A stretch of 63,440 nucleotides of DNA from an uncultured Planctomycetia bacterium (GCA_964634945.1 CAZWMG010000011.1:1-63440); one strand, 5' to 3'. Shown: positions 49,071-57,995, numbered from the stretch's first letter. Made by a program: numbers and translations. The notes: a model not told the origin generated them from the sequence alone.

Positions 49071-50726
49071 TTACAAATTCTCTGACAGGTACCCTCCGGT
49101 AAGTCCATCGATATTCGCTGTGAGCTCATCAAATCGTAGCTGCTTAAGGGCTCTTTTACTGCTATCCTCTGTTGGATCTCGCGAAAGTTCTACTTGAAGC
49201 CTCTTTCTCTCAAAATAGAGCTTTGTCACTTCATCAAGTACATCATTTCTAAGCTGTACCATAAGACGGGAACGCACATCAATATTAGTCTGATCGTCAT
49301 TCCAGATAAGCTCTCCAAGGTCCCACGAAAGATCGACTCCCCATCCGAAGCTCCTCTCTCGCGGGCCTTCAATATAGAAGTCAGGATCGTTAGTCCCTCC
49401 TCTATCGAGATCTATGGTTCTGTCTATATCTCTGTCAAACCCAAGGCTTACCTTTGGCAACAACGCCTTATGCTGAGCTGATCTACGCATCCACCTTATC
49501 TTATCAGGTGAGACTTCCGCATAATCAATAGTAGCCTGCTGTATCTCTAATATACCTGGTTCTTTATTGTAGGTAGCGCTGCACTCTTTTCCATCATCTC
49601 TGCTCAGATTAATATTCGCCTTATCTAATTCAGCCCTGAACAATCCTCTATCTGTCGCGGCATAGATAACCCCCTTGGCAGAAGAGGCATCAATCATATT
49701 TATTCTTAAGGTAGTTAATCCGCCTGAGATGCTTCTCCACATATCTGCCTTACCGCTATACTCAAATACGCCTTTCTCTGTTGCCACAAAAATTCTCGCG
49801 TTAAAAGCCAAAACAACCTCTACCTGCCTAGTCAATAACCCTTCGCAAGTGATTATTTGCCAGTCTCGCGCGCCTAAAAGGGAAGTATATAGGCCATAAT
49901 CAGTAGCGAGGTAGACCCTCTTGCCGTCAATCGCCAAATAGTTAAGCTCGCTATGCTCTTCTTCTTTATCTGTATTAGCACTATATATATCCTGGGCTAT
50001 TTCATTGTACGCCTTTGCCACATATATCCTGTCCCATGTAATATGGTCTTTCTTAGTATAATAGACACCATCGATCGCGCTTGCGTAGAAATAATTCTCA
50101 CCTACTGCTATGGAACGTATCTGCTTGTTAATAAAGGTCTTTTCTGCGACCCAGCTCTTTGCCCTATCATGGCTTATAAAAAGCCCTCTCCCTGTGCCTA
50201 TCAACATCATATCGCTATCCGGACTAATCTCAATACAATTTACATGCCTCTGCAGATCATCCATGCCCTTAAAAACTCTGTGCCAGGTTTCGCCTTCATC
50301 CTGGCTCATATACAACCCATCAGATGTAGCAGCAAATACATTGGATGTATCCTTCATATCATAAGAGATGCAATTTATGCCTTTTCTTTCCCCTTTTAGC
50401 ACTAATACCCTTGTCCAATTAGCGCCTGAATCAGTACTCTTATATATGCTTCTCTTTGCTCCCGCAAATACAATATTGGACCTACCCCTAAACGCGCATA
50501 TGGCCGTTACTCTATTTTCGTCTATTCCATTATCGGAATCATGCCATAAAAATTCTGTATCAGCAAAACCTCCTGGACCAAAAGAAATATAAAAGAGTAA
50601 AATTAACAGACCGCTAATCCATCTTTTAAACCTTATAAATCTTGGGTCAATATATCTACGGCATTTCTTTTTACTATCTCTCTTTTGTTTTTTTCTCATC
50701 ATTGATCCTTCTCTTTTATTCTTCAT
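49071..50726 (-). CDS. membrane-anchored Asp-box (BNR/Ycf48-like) beta-propeller protein with TolC-repeat-like C-terminal region
   Basis: K/R-rich N-terminus plus a TM segment. Repeated SxDxGxxW boxes (STDSGANW, SQDEGETW, SHDRAKSW). The C-terminal 150 aa has an ALLPKVSL...LSWDLGEL... pattern reminiscent of outer-membrane-efflux repeats. Confidence 0.5.
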   Translation of the reverse strand: MKNKREGSMMRKKQKRDSKKKCRRYIDPRFIRFKRWISGLLILLFYISFGPGGFADTEFLWHDSDNGIDENRVTAICAFRGRSNIVFAGAKRSIYKSTDSGANWTRVLVLKGERKGINCISYDMKDTSNVFAATSDGLYMSQDEGETWHRVFKGMDDLQRHVNCIEISPDSDMMLIGTGRGLFISHDRAKSWVAEKTFINKQIRSIAVGENYFYASAIDGVYYTKKDHITWDRIYVAKAYNEIAQDIYSANTDKEEEHSELNYLAIDGKRVYLATDYGLYTSLLGARDWQIITCEGLLTRQVEVVLAFNARIFVATEKGVFEYSGKADMWRSISGGLTTLRINMIDASSAKGVIYAATDRGLFRAELDKANINLSRDDGKECSATYNKEPGILEIQQATIDYAEVSPDKIRWMRRSAQHKALLPKVSLGFDRDIDRTIDLDRGGTNDPDFYIEGPRERSFGWGVDLSWDLGELIWNDDQTNIDVRSRLMVQLRNDVLDEVTKLYFERKRLQVELSRDPTEDSSKRALKQLRFDELTANIDGLTGGYLSENL

Positions 50727-50780
50727 AACAATCTATTCCTATCATGATTTTAAAGCTGTCGTATATGGCAAATCCTCTAA

Positions 50781-50847
50781 CCCCCCTGCCTTGAGGCACA
50801 ATCCGCGGCCCCAAGACTGTAATCCCCCACAGCGCAAAACAGGGAGG
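50781..50847 (-). promoter_or_regulatory. G-rich structured 5' leader of the propeller gene
   Basis: On the minus strand, CCTCCCTG...CAGGGGGG closes a G-run-rich segment between the predicted promoter and the ATG at 50726. No match to any riboswitch I can recall. Confidence 0.3.
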
Positions 50848-50855
50848 CATAAGTT

Positions 50856-50884
50856 CTTATATCAATAATTTGACTATTTGTCAA
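50856..50884 (-). promoter_or_regulatory. promoter of the propeller gene
   Basis: On the minus strand: TTGACA, 17 bp, then TATAAG. Divergent from the XRE-cupin promoter. Confidence 0.5.
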
Positions 50885-50943
50885 CATAAATTTCATTAAA
50901 TATCAAATTAGTATCTGTTTTTTGCGGTTTCGTCAAATTCTTC

Positions 50944-50972
50944 TTGACATTGTGTCGCTTATCCGCTATATT
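50944..50972 (+). promoter_or_regulatory. promoter of the XRE-cupin regulator (predicts a leaderless mRNA)
   Basis: TTGACA, 17 bp, then TATATT. The ATG at 50979 is 7 nt after the -10 box and no SD is present. Confidence 0.55.
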
Positions 50973-50978
50973 ATTAAC

Positions 50979-51530
50979 ATGGATATTGCGAAAAAGATAC
51001 GCACCCTGCGCAAAGAGATGAAGATGACACTTAGAGAACTCTCTGAAGCAAGCAATGTCGCTCTTGCTACTCTAAGTAGGATTGAAACAGGTAAGATGAT
51101 AGGAACTATAGAATCCCACCAATCAATCGCTTCCGCGCTTGGTAAAAATCTATCCCAACTCTACAGCGATACAGATATTGAGGAAAACCCTGTTGAATAC
51201 CAATCTGTGAAGAATCGTACTGACCGATTTCTTCATAATGATAAAGCATCTTGCTATATGCTGACTAACAAGGTTTTATCTAAGAAAATGATGCCTCTGA
51301 TGCTAAAGATAGCGCCGGGCGGCCAGAGCACAACAGAACAGCTTCCAAAAGATACTGAAAAATTCATATACCTGCTAAAAGGTAAACTTGCTATCACTAC
51401 CAGCGATCAGACGCATACCCTGACAAAGGGTGAAACGCTATATTTTGACGCATCATCCTCCCACTACTTTAAAAACTTAAGTGCCGAAGAAACTCAGGCA
51501 ATATGTGTTATTACCCCACCCGCCTTATAG
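50979..51530 (+). CDS. XRE-family HTH transcriptional regulator with C-terminal cupin domain
   Basis: HTH MTLRELSEASNVALATLSRIETGK and a C-terminal cupin_2-like barrel (GETLYFDASSSHYF). Start moved to M20. Confidence 0.8.
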   Translation: MDIAKKIRTLRKEMKMTLRELSEASNVALATLSRIETGKMIGTIESHQSIASALGKNLSQLYSDTDIEENPVEYQSVKNRTDRFLHNDKASCYMLTNKVLSKKMMPLMLKIAPGGQSTTEQLPKDTEKFIYLLKGKLAITTSDQTHTLTKGETLYFDASSSHYFKNLSAEETQAICVITPPAL

Positions 51531-51542
51531 GAGACTATTGTT

Positions 51543-51902
51543 ATGAATAGCAATAAGATACTTGTATGTGATGATGAAAAAGGCGTCCGTGAATCGCTCA
51601 GGCTCATACTCTCTGATAAATACGATCTACTTTTTGCCGAAAACGGTAAAGAAACGATGGATTTGCTTCAAGACAATCCTGACATAAAAGCTATACTCTT
51701 AGATATTAAAATGCCGGAAATAAACGGCATGGATACATTAAAACAGATCAGAGCAAGTAACAATGATATAGCAGTCATAATTATTACCGGATATCAGAGC
51801 GTTGAGACCGCGTCACAATCCATAAATACAGGCGCGACTTATTATATAACAAAACCTTTTGAATCAAAAACCATAATCGATACTGTTAAAAAAGCCATAT
51901 AG
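51543..51902 (+). CDS. single-domain response regulator (CheY-like receiver)
   Basis: DD acidic pocket (VCDDE), phospho-acceptor context LLDIKMPEINGMD, T (ITG) and K (KPF). Confidence 0.88.
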   Translation: MNSNKILVCDDEKGVRESLRLILSDKYDLLFAENGKETMDLLQDNPDIKAILLDIKMPEINGMDTLKQIRASNNDIAVIIITGYQSVETASQSINTGATYYITKPFESKTIIDTVKKAI

Positions 51903-51907
51903 TCATT

Positions 51908-53482
51908 ATGGGCCCCTATTACATAACCTCTCTGTTAACCTCCTTAACATCTCTTGGCTTAGGTTTCTTTGTATTCTTTAAGAACCCAAAGAGCCGGCTC
52001 CATTGCTCTCTCTTCCGCCTTAATGGAGCTGTTGCCCTGTGGAGCTTCTCTCTATTCCTTCACTACATAGCAAAAGACCACTCTTTGGCTATGATAACAC
52101 TTTATATGCTCCACAGCGTTGTAGTCTTTATACCAACCTGCTATCTAGGATTTGTAACAGACCTCTTAAATGTAGATAAGAAAAATATTATAAAAACAGC
52201 TTATGCTATCAGCATAATATTTCTATGCCTAAGCTATACCCCTTATTTTATAACAGGCATAAGACCTAAACTCTTCTTTAGTTTCTACGCGACTGCGGGA
52301 CCATTATACGCGCTCTGGATAACAGCTTATCTTGTGATTGCGGGTTATGGCATCTATCTGCTCATTAGCAATTATAGCGGCTCCTCACCTATAAAAAAGA
52401 TTCAGATAAGATATGTCCTCTTCGCATCCTTAATCGGATTTGCAGGAGGCATGACAATTTACCCTCTCTTTTATGATATCCTAGTGCCACCATGGGGCGA
52501 ACATATCATATTTCTTTATCCTATAATATTCTCTGTAGCGGTCCTAAAACATGATGCCCTTGAACTTAATATAGTAATAAGAAAGACTCTCATCTATTCA
52601 GTTTCAATTGTCCTGATAATGCTTGCGTATCTAGTAACAGTGCTATTATCGGAAAGGCTCTTGCGTAACGCGCTGGGATATCAATCAATATGGGTTACAG
52701 TGGCAGCTGCGGCAGGAATAGCGCTTCTTTTTAACCCGTTAAAAAACAGGGTCGAAACTATTGTCGAAAGATTTTACACACGTAATACGTATCAAAAACT
52801 TCAGAAGGAACTAATTGAATCGGATAAGTCCAAGGCGCTCGCGCAGCTCGCGGCAGGCCTTGCGCATGAGATACGAAATCCCTTAACCGCTATAAAGACC
52901 TTTAGCGAATTTTTGCCTGAAAAATATAATGACAAGGCCTTTAGGGATAACTTCTCCCAAATAGTCAAGGTTGAGGCACAAAGGATAGACTCCCTGGTAA
53001 GCCAACTCCTTGAATTCGCGAAACCATCTACTTTAAATATTAAGCATTGCGATATCCATGAAGCCTTAGACTATACCTTAAGCCTGCTCTCAGGAGATAT
53101 TCTGAAATCTGAGATAAGAATTATAAAAAACTACGATAGGGCCTGCGATACCGTAGCCGCTGATCCGGAAAAACTCAAACACGTATTCTTTAATCTGATA
53201 AGAAACAGTATAGAGGCCATAAATAAGAATGGCAGGATTATCATCTCGACAAGATTATCAGGAAATTATTTTAACATAGAGATAAGCGACACTGGGTATG
53301 GCATAAAGAAAAAGGATTTGAACAAGGTATTCGAGCCTTTCTTCTCTTCTAAGGAGAGTGGTACAGGCCTTGGGCTCTGTGTGGTCCAGAGCATCGTTGC
53401 CGAACATGGCGGAAATATCTCCGCTAAAAGCGCTCCGGGGGAAGGCACGACTTTTACCGTATCCCTGCCATATAAACGATAA
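51908..53482 (+). CDS. sensor histidine kinase with multi-TM (7TM-type) N-terminal sensor
   Basis: About 7 TM helices, H-box LAHEIRNPLTAI, then N and G1/G2 boxes (NLIRNSIEA, DTGYGI, GTGLGL). Confidence 0.88.
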   Translation: MGPYYITSLLTSLTSLGLGFFVFFKNPKSRLHCSLFRLNGAVALWSFSLFLHYIAKDHSLAMITLYMLHSVVVFIPTCYLGFVTDLLNVDKKNIIKTAYAISIIFLCLSYTPYFITGIRPKLFFSFYATAGPLYALWITAYLVIAGYGIYLLISNYSGSSPIKKIQIRYVLFASLIGFAGGMTIYPLFYDILVPPWGEHIIFLYPIIFSVAVLKHDALELNIVIRKTLIYSVSIVLIMLAYLVTVLLSERLLRNALGYQSIWVTVAAAAGIALLFNPLKNRVETIVERFYTRNTYQKLQKELIESDKSKALAQLAAGLAHEIRNPLTAIKTFSEFLPEKYNDKAFRDNFSQIVKVEAQRIDSLVSQLLEFAKPSTLNIKHCDIHEALDYTLSLLSGDILKSEIRIIKNYDRACDTVAADPEKLKHVFFNLIRNSIEAINKNGRIIISTRLSGNYFNIEISDTGYGIKKKDLNKVFEPFFSSKESGTGLGLCVVQSIVAEHGGNISAKSAPGEGTTFTVSLPYKR

Positions 53483-53487
53483 AAACT

Positions 53488-54720
53488 TTATGCAGCAGCG
53501 GCTATCGCCTTAGCTTTTTTATGATGCTTAAGCAACGCACCCTCATGGAGATTGAACGCATTATGCCCCTTAATTAATAAATGTTTTACCATGAATTCTC
53601 CCCCTGCTGTGCCATCCCATCCTGCAGAAGGTGCCCCGAGATTACCCTGTGAGATATTAACACCTCCTATTTTAAGATTAGAACTGCCATCGGGCAGATT
53701 TCTGGCTCTCTTTTCCCGCGCCGCAACCTCTTCCAATCTTCTCGTATATCCGTCAAAAAAACCATAATCTAAGGCGTCTGTATTATGCATAAAATCTTCT
53801 ACTATATCCAAAATCTCATTTAGCAGGCCTTCGTTATATGGACCTTTGGCAGAGAGCATCACGCTATCTTCATCTTTTATTCTAAGAGTAATAAGTTTAA
53901 ATTCTTTAGATAGATCAGAATATCCCTGTGTAAGCAATCTCATTACACCTATATCGATTTTGAGCCCTTTAGCCTTAACAGCCTTTGCAAATTTACTTAG
54001 ATGAGTTGACGGACGTACGTGGATCCCAAGAGAGTTTTCTACTATAATCTCTCTCTGGACTGCGTTCATTCCTCCTTCAAGTGCATTGGCCTCTCCTGCT
54101 AAGGGCGGCTTGAAACTGCCTGGCAAAAGATAGGCGCCTTCTTTTTCAGGTTGGGGGCTATCATCAGATAGGCGTATAGCATTTTTCTGCGATGCTGCAA
54201 TCTTATCCAATTTGTTGACATACTCTTCCCTATCATCAAATTTCAATGCGTCTGTATCCTGCAAAAAATCCTCTATCAAATCCAGGATGCTATTTAACGT
54301 ATCTTTACTATAAGGGCCGTTTGCGGTCAGCTTCACTTTCTCCTTATCCAATATTCCAAGGCCGATAAAATCCGAAGCCCTTGACAGGTCGCTATCCTTT
54401 CCCGTACGTAAATTCATTATGTTTATATCTATTTTTAATCCATTTTCTTTTATGGATCTTGTAAAGAGCACAATATATAATAACGCATGTCTATGTGTTC
54501 CCAAAGAGCCATCCAAAACAGACTCCCGCTCAACAATATTATACTCTCCTACTAAGAGTCTCTTAAGATTGCCTGCTAAACCATTGTCTGTGCTTTTTAA
54601 TATAAGCCTTGCAGCTATTGGCCTGAGGGTATCTATCGGCACAGCATGAAGGGATCTATTATCTCCCGCGCAGGTAAGTGCATAAATAATGATTATTATA
54701 AGTAGTATTATTTTTTTCAT
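53488..54720 (-). CDS. exported protein with two tandem HPr-like domains
   Basis: N-terminal signal peptide. Internal duplication: SLGTHRHA...GLKIDINIMNL...TANGPYSKDTLNSILDLIEDFLQDTDAL matches SLGIHVRPS...GLKIDIGVMRL...SAKGPYNEGLLNEILDIVEDFMHNTDAL. The second copy matches the HPr GIHARPA His-15 loop and the SA.G.DE...L helix. Confidence 0.6.
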   Translation of the reverse strand: MKKIILLIIIIIYALTCAGDNRSLHAVPIDTLRPIAARLILKSTDNGLAGNLKRLLVGEYNIVERESVLDGSLGTHRHALLYIVLFTRSIKENGLKIDINIMNLRTGKDSDLSRASDFIGLGILDKEKVKLTANGPYSKDTLNSILDLIEDFLQDTDALKFDDREEYVNKLDKIAASQKNAIRLSDDSPQPEKEGAYLLPGSFKPPLAGEANALEGGMNAVQREIIVENSLGIHVRPSTHLSKFAKAVKAKGLKIDIGVMRLLTQGYSDLSKEFKLITLRIKDEDSVMLSAKGPYNEGLLNEILDIVEDFMHNTDALDYGFFDGYTRRLEEVAAREKRARNLPDGSSNLKIGGVNISQGNLGAPSAGWDGTAGGEFMVKHLLIKGHNAFNLHEGALLKHHKKAKAIAAAA

Positions 54721-54747
54721 AAAAAAACTCTTCTAGGCTTAAGGGGC

Positions 54748-54801
54748 AAAAAAATAGACCTCTGGCTATTTCCCGCCAAAGACGGGCAGGTGCCAGGGGT
54801 C
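54748..54801 (-). terminator. intrinsic terminator after the 2TM gene cluster
   Basis: On the minus strand, GACCCCTGGC...GCCAGAGGTC (with inner CCCG/CGGG) is followed by TATTTTTTTG. Confidence 0.7.
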
Positions 54802-54876
54802 CTCTTATAAAAAATATTATATCACAAGATTATAATCAAGTCAAGTTTAAGCAGCACATATGTCAAGACGATATGT

Positions 54877-54925
54877 TAAGACCGGTTCTCAAGCACGGGT
54901 ACCCGTGCTTGAGAACCGGTCTTGA
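54877..54925. repeat. REP-like palindrome, copy 4
   Basis: aagaccggttctcaagcacgggta|tacccgtgcttgagaaccggtctt. This is a perfect 46-bp palindrome immediately after the stop of the 2TM gene. Confidence 0.9.
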
Positions 54926-54927
54926 AG

Positions 54928-55197
54928 CTATTCCTTATCCATAAGCTCTTTTACCTTCTTCTCTTCCCATTCCCTGCCTAAAAACTTCCCCTTGATAGTA
55001 AAGACATGTACAGCTTCAAAAAGTATAGCTATGCCCCAAAATATACTAACCCAGTAAAACCACAGCGCGTCAGGGCTTGTAATGAGATTAATAACGATAA
55101 GTATAAGATTTACCACGATATATGATATCAGGTTTGAGTAAAACCCCTTGAGCTGTCTTACCCTTTGCTGTGCCCTTTTAAGCTTATCATCTTCCAT
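54928..55197 (-). CDS. 2TM-domain membrane protein
   Basis: 89 aa with the pattern QRVRQLKGFYSNL.SY..VN followed by two TM helices, typical of the 2TM family. Confidence 0.6.
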   Translation of the reverse strand: MEDDKLKRAQQRVRQLKGFYSNLISYIVVNLILIVINLITSPDALWFYWVSIFWGIAILFEAVHVFTIKGKFLGREWEEKKVKELMDKE

Positions 55198-55224
55198 AAT
55201 ATCTCCTTTTTATTTTTATCTCCA

Positions 55225-55527
55225 TCATAGAGACAATATCTGCTGGTAATATTGGATAAGATTTTGTAGAGAATTTATTAACAGGACTCCAAAGAGATAA
55301 CTCACAATAACAACGGCCACGGATATAATAATCTTATTTCTGTTACTAAACCGTGGATTAAGCCATAAAAGAATAAGAACAAGTGGGCCTACACATAAAA
55401 AACCGATAACCAGCCAGTATGAGCTGAAGCACCACTTCTCCTTTGGCTTTTTATTTAAAAATTCACCGCAATATCTACATTTGATAGCTTCGTCTTTTAT
55501 CTCTTCCACGCAATACGGGCAAAGCAA
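55225..55527 (-). CDS. zinc-ribbon membrane protein
   Basis: CPYC-x12-CRYCG ribbon followed by 2 TM helices. Confidence 0.55.
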   Translation of the reverse strand: MLCPYCVEEIKDEAIKCRYCGEFLNKKPKEKWCFSSYWLVIGFLCVGPLVLILLWLNPRFSNRNKIIISVAVVIVSYLFGVLLINSLQNLIQYYQQILSL

Positions 55528-55545
55528 TTAAAGCGCCTCCTTTTA

Positions 55546-55737
55546 TTAGAGTCTAATGACATAAATGACTATAAAGCTTAGCAATAAAATTAATATAAGA
55601 GCAGTCGCTACATGAGAATACCTGATATCGCTTAGGAAGCCTATTCTACGGTTTAAAAACTCCCCACAATATATACATCTTAAGGCATCATCGTCAAGAT
55701 TAGGTTTTTTGCAATGTGGGCAGACATATGTAGCCAT
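55546..55737 (-). CDS. zinc-ribbon membrane protein (small)
   Basis: CPHC-x11-CIYCG ribbon plus 1 TM helix. Start at M38 with GGAGAG upstream. The longer ORF would overlap the upstream gene. Confidence 0.5.
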   Translation of the reverse strand: MATYVCPHCKKPNLDDDALRCIYCGEFLNRRIGFLSDIRYSHVATALILILLLSFIVIYVIRL

Positions 55738-55738
55738 T

Positions 55739-56401
55739 TTACTCTCCCTGCTTTCTCGTACCACATCTACCGCAACTCTTATCGTTAACGGGGTTTTTAT
55801 AATTGCAATTATCGCATATCCATATCTTTTCGAACAATACATCTGCATTAGGTGTTTTCGCGCTATTGCAGTTATCGCATTCCGTCAGCAAGTTGCTATT
55901 TTCTATGCCGCATTTTCTGCAAATCCAATAATCCGGGGAAGAAGGCTTTCCAAATTTTTTAGCATACATATCCTTAAAAATAGGTTTTAAATAAATATAA
56001 AGTATAAAAAGGATAGTAATTGGGATTAATAAAATGAAAATAATACTCGAACTGACATAATAGAGATAAAGGCATAATGCGATCGCGATAATTCCTGCAC
56101 ATACCTTTGCAATAAGGTCTTCGATATGATCCGGCAGCAAACCTCCTCCGCCAATCTCAAATATAATTAACAGCAAAAGCGCGAAACCGGATAATGTTCC
56201 GAATAACATAAGCCATTTTTTTATAGGAAGCTGCCTCTCCTGCTGGGCGCTCTCTTCATAATCTGACCTATGCTGCTGATAAGATGCGCGTGAATCGAGG
56301 TAATTATCCTGCGAGAATGCAGTCACGGGGGTAACTATATTGCCAGGGGCTAATACTAAAAAAGCGAACAATACTGTAAAAATAGATATTATCTTCTTCA
56401 T
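55739..56401 (-). CDS. membrane protein with two C-terminal RanBP2-type zinc fingers
   Basis: Signal peptide, 3-4 TM helices, then WICRKCGIENSNLLTECDNC and WICDNCNYKNPVNDKSCGRC. Both fit W-x-C-x2-C-x3-N-x6-C-x2-C exactly. Confidence 0.55.
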   Translation of the reverse strand: MKKIISIFTVLFAFLVLAPGNIVTPVTAFSQDNYLDSRASYQQHRSDYEESAQQERQLPIKKWLMLFGTLSGFALLLLIIFEIGGGGLLPDHIEDLIAKVCAGIIAIALCLYLYYVSSSIIFILLIPITILFILYIYLKPIFKDMYAKKFGKPSSPDYWICRKCGIENSNLLTECDNCNSAKTPNADVLFEKIWICDNCNYKNPVNDKSCGRCGTRKQGE

Positions 56402-56411
56402 TAGCTAAAAT

Positions 56412-56448
56412 AAATGAGGCCGCTCCCTTTTTAGGCGCGGCCTCATTT
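56412..56448 (-). terminator. hairpin between the polytopic membrane gene and the RanBP2-finger gene
   Basis: AAATGAGGCCGC...GCGGCCTCATTT. On the minus strand it is followed by TATTTTAGC. Confidence 0.5.
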
Positions 56449-56461
56449 TCTTTCTTATATG

Positions 56462-57100
56462 TTAAACCTGATTTTCTTCATCTTTCGCATCAGCAAAAGG
56501 GCGATCTTCTGAAACAACAACTTCTGCCTGAGGAACCTGCTGTAAAAAACCAGAGGTTATAAGCAGTATCGCGAAAGGCACCACAAAAAGGCTAACTACC
56601 CAACCGATTACCGGGATCTGTCCGGATATACCGCTTAAGAGAATATATATAGCTGCAAGCGCGAGATTCATCCAAAAACCCTTGCCAGAGACCAGTTGCC
56701 AGCTCGCCTTCATGGAATCTATTACGCCTTTATCCTGATCTACCATAATAAAATAGGTATAAAGCCACAGCGTCATCAATATAACACCGGGTATAATCAG
56801 TAATAGTAGGCCTGTAAACACGGCTAAGCCCTGCAAAAAGAAAAGCCCTACTAATGGCCAAAATTTGGTAAGCATCTTAAACATATCATTCAATTCTATC
56901 TTCTTGTCTTCTCTTCGCAGAGCATTCATTGTCATAAGACAGTAACCGCCAAATAGAGGCCCTGCTAGTATGAGCAATGTAAATAGAGATATGACCTGAA
57001 AAAGTAGAACCGAAAGCAGCAACATTAATACGTTAACCTTATACACTTCCAACGCATCTGTAAAACACTTGCTTATATCAAGCTGTTTTCCTTCCATCAT
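56462..57100 (-). CDS. polytopic integral membrane protein (unknown family)
   Basis: 212 aa with about 5 TM helices. No catalytic motif recognised. Confidence 0.5.
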   Translation of the reverse strand: MMEGKQLDISKCFTDALEVYKVNVLMLLLSVLLFQVISLFTLLILAGPLFGGYCLMTMNALRREDKKIELNDMFKMLTKFWPLVGLFFLQGLAVFTGLLLLIIPGVILMTLWLYTYFIMVDQDKGVIDSMKASWQLVSGKGFWMNLALAAIYILLSGISGQIPVIGWVVSLFVVPFAILLITSGFLQQVPQAEVVVSEDRPFADAKDEENQV

Positions 57101-57194
57101 ATGCCTCCAATCTGTCCTCGTTCCAACTCATAGATTACCTAACTTTGGTCAGGTTAATATCTATCTCGCTAAAACAAAAACAATGTGATTTACC

Positions 57195-57995
57195 CTAAAA
57201 CCTTAATGTTGTGCCTGCGGAAAACGCAGTCTCATCGATAAAACGGCCTTCCAGATTTACTGACAAAGAATCGAATGCTAATATATCAAGTCCCGCGAAT
57301 ATACCAAAATTTGATTTTGGATTAAAGTCATACTGATATGATTGACCGGAGACCACAGCCTTAGCTGAACCGCTTGCGTCTGAGTACTTAACACCTGCAT
57401 AAGGAGAGAACGTATCAAACTGATATGAAACACCTAAAGCGACCTGCCATTCATCGCAATTATATTTCTTCTCAGTAAGCTGGGCATCTGTTGAATTATA
57501 TACTGCATTATTGACCTTAACCTTATCCACGCCAAGATCTGAACTCCTATACTTACCATCTATGCCTACGCGAAGTACCGCTTTGCTATCGGCATACTGT
57601 ACATCCTTCTCATATATAACAGCTGTACCTCCAACACCCCAGGCAAGGTCTGTTTTTGTATCCCACTCTACTTGATCACTAGATATCTTGTATTTCTGAT
57701 CCGCCTCCGCGCCGCCTACAAGACCATATACAAATGCCTTATCAGCTATTGTTACTCCAGCCTTGCCGCCATAAAAGAAGTATTCTGTATCTTTTGCCTG
57801 ATGTTTCATATTGCGATCGGAGTTAAGATCCACCTCGGCACCGAGAATAAAACCGAACTTACTATTTTCGTCCTTGATAATCAGGCCCTTTTTTAGTGTT
57901 GCCGGAGCCCCTATATTTCCTACAGGCATAGCATAAGATGGAATTGTGCTGGCTACGACCGCAAAACATACAACATATAACAATAAACGTTTCAT
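57195..57995 (-). CDS. outer-membrane beta-barrel protein
   Basis: Signal peptide (..IPSYA/MP), alternating amphipathic beta-strands, and a C-terminal ...TTLRF aromatic terminus. Confidence 0.6.
   Translation of the reverse strand: MKRLLLYVVCFAVVASTIPSYAMPVGNIGAPATLKKGLIIKDENSKFGFILGAEVDLNSDRNMKHQAKDTEYFFYGGKAGVTIADKAFVYGLVGGAEADQKYKISSDQVEWDTKTDLAWGVGGTAVIYEKDVQYADSKAVLRVGIDGKYRSSDLGVDKVKVNNAVYNSTDAQLTEKKYNCDEWQVALGVSYQFDTFSPYAGVKYSDASGSAKAVVSGQSYQYDFNPKSNFGIFAGLDILAFDSLSVNLEGRFIDETAFSAGTTLRF

Noticed and set aside
50781-50847. G-quadruplex or a known riboswitch (c-di-GMP, guanidine, preQ1) in the propeller-gene leader
   Set aside because: The G-runs are separated by loops too long for a canonical G4. 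None of the conserved cores of the riboswitch classes I can recall is present. I kept it only as an unexplained structured leader.
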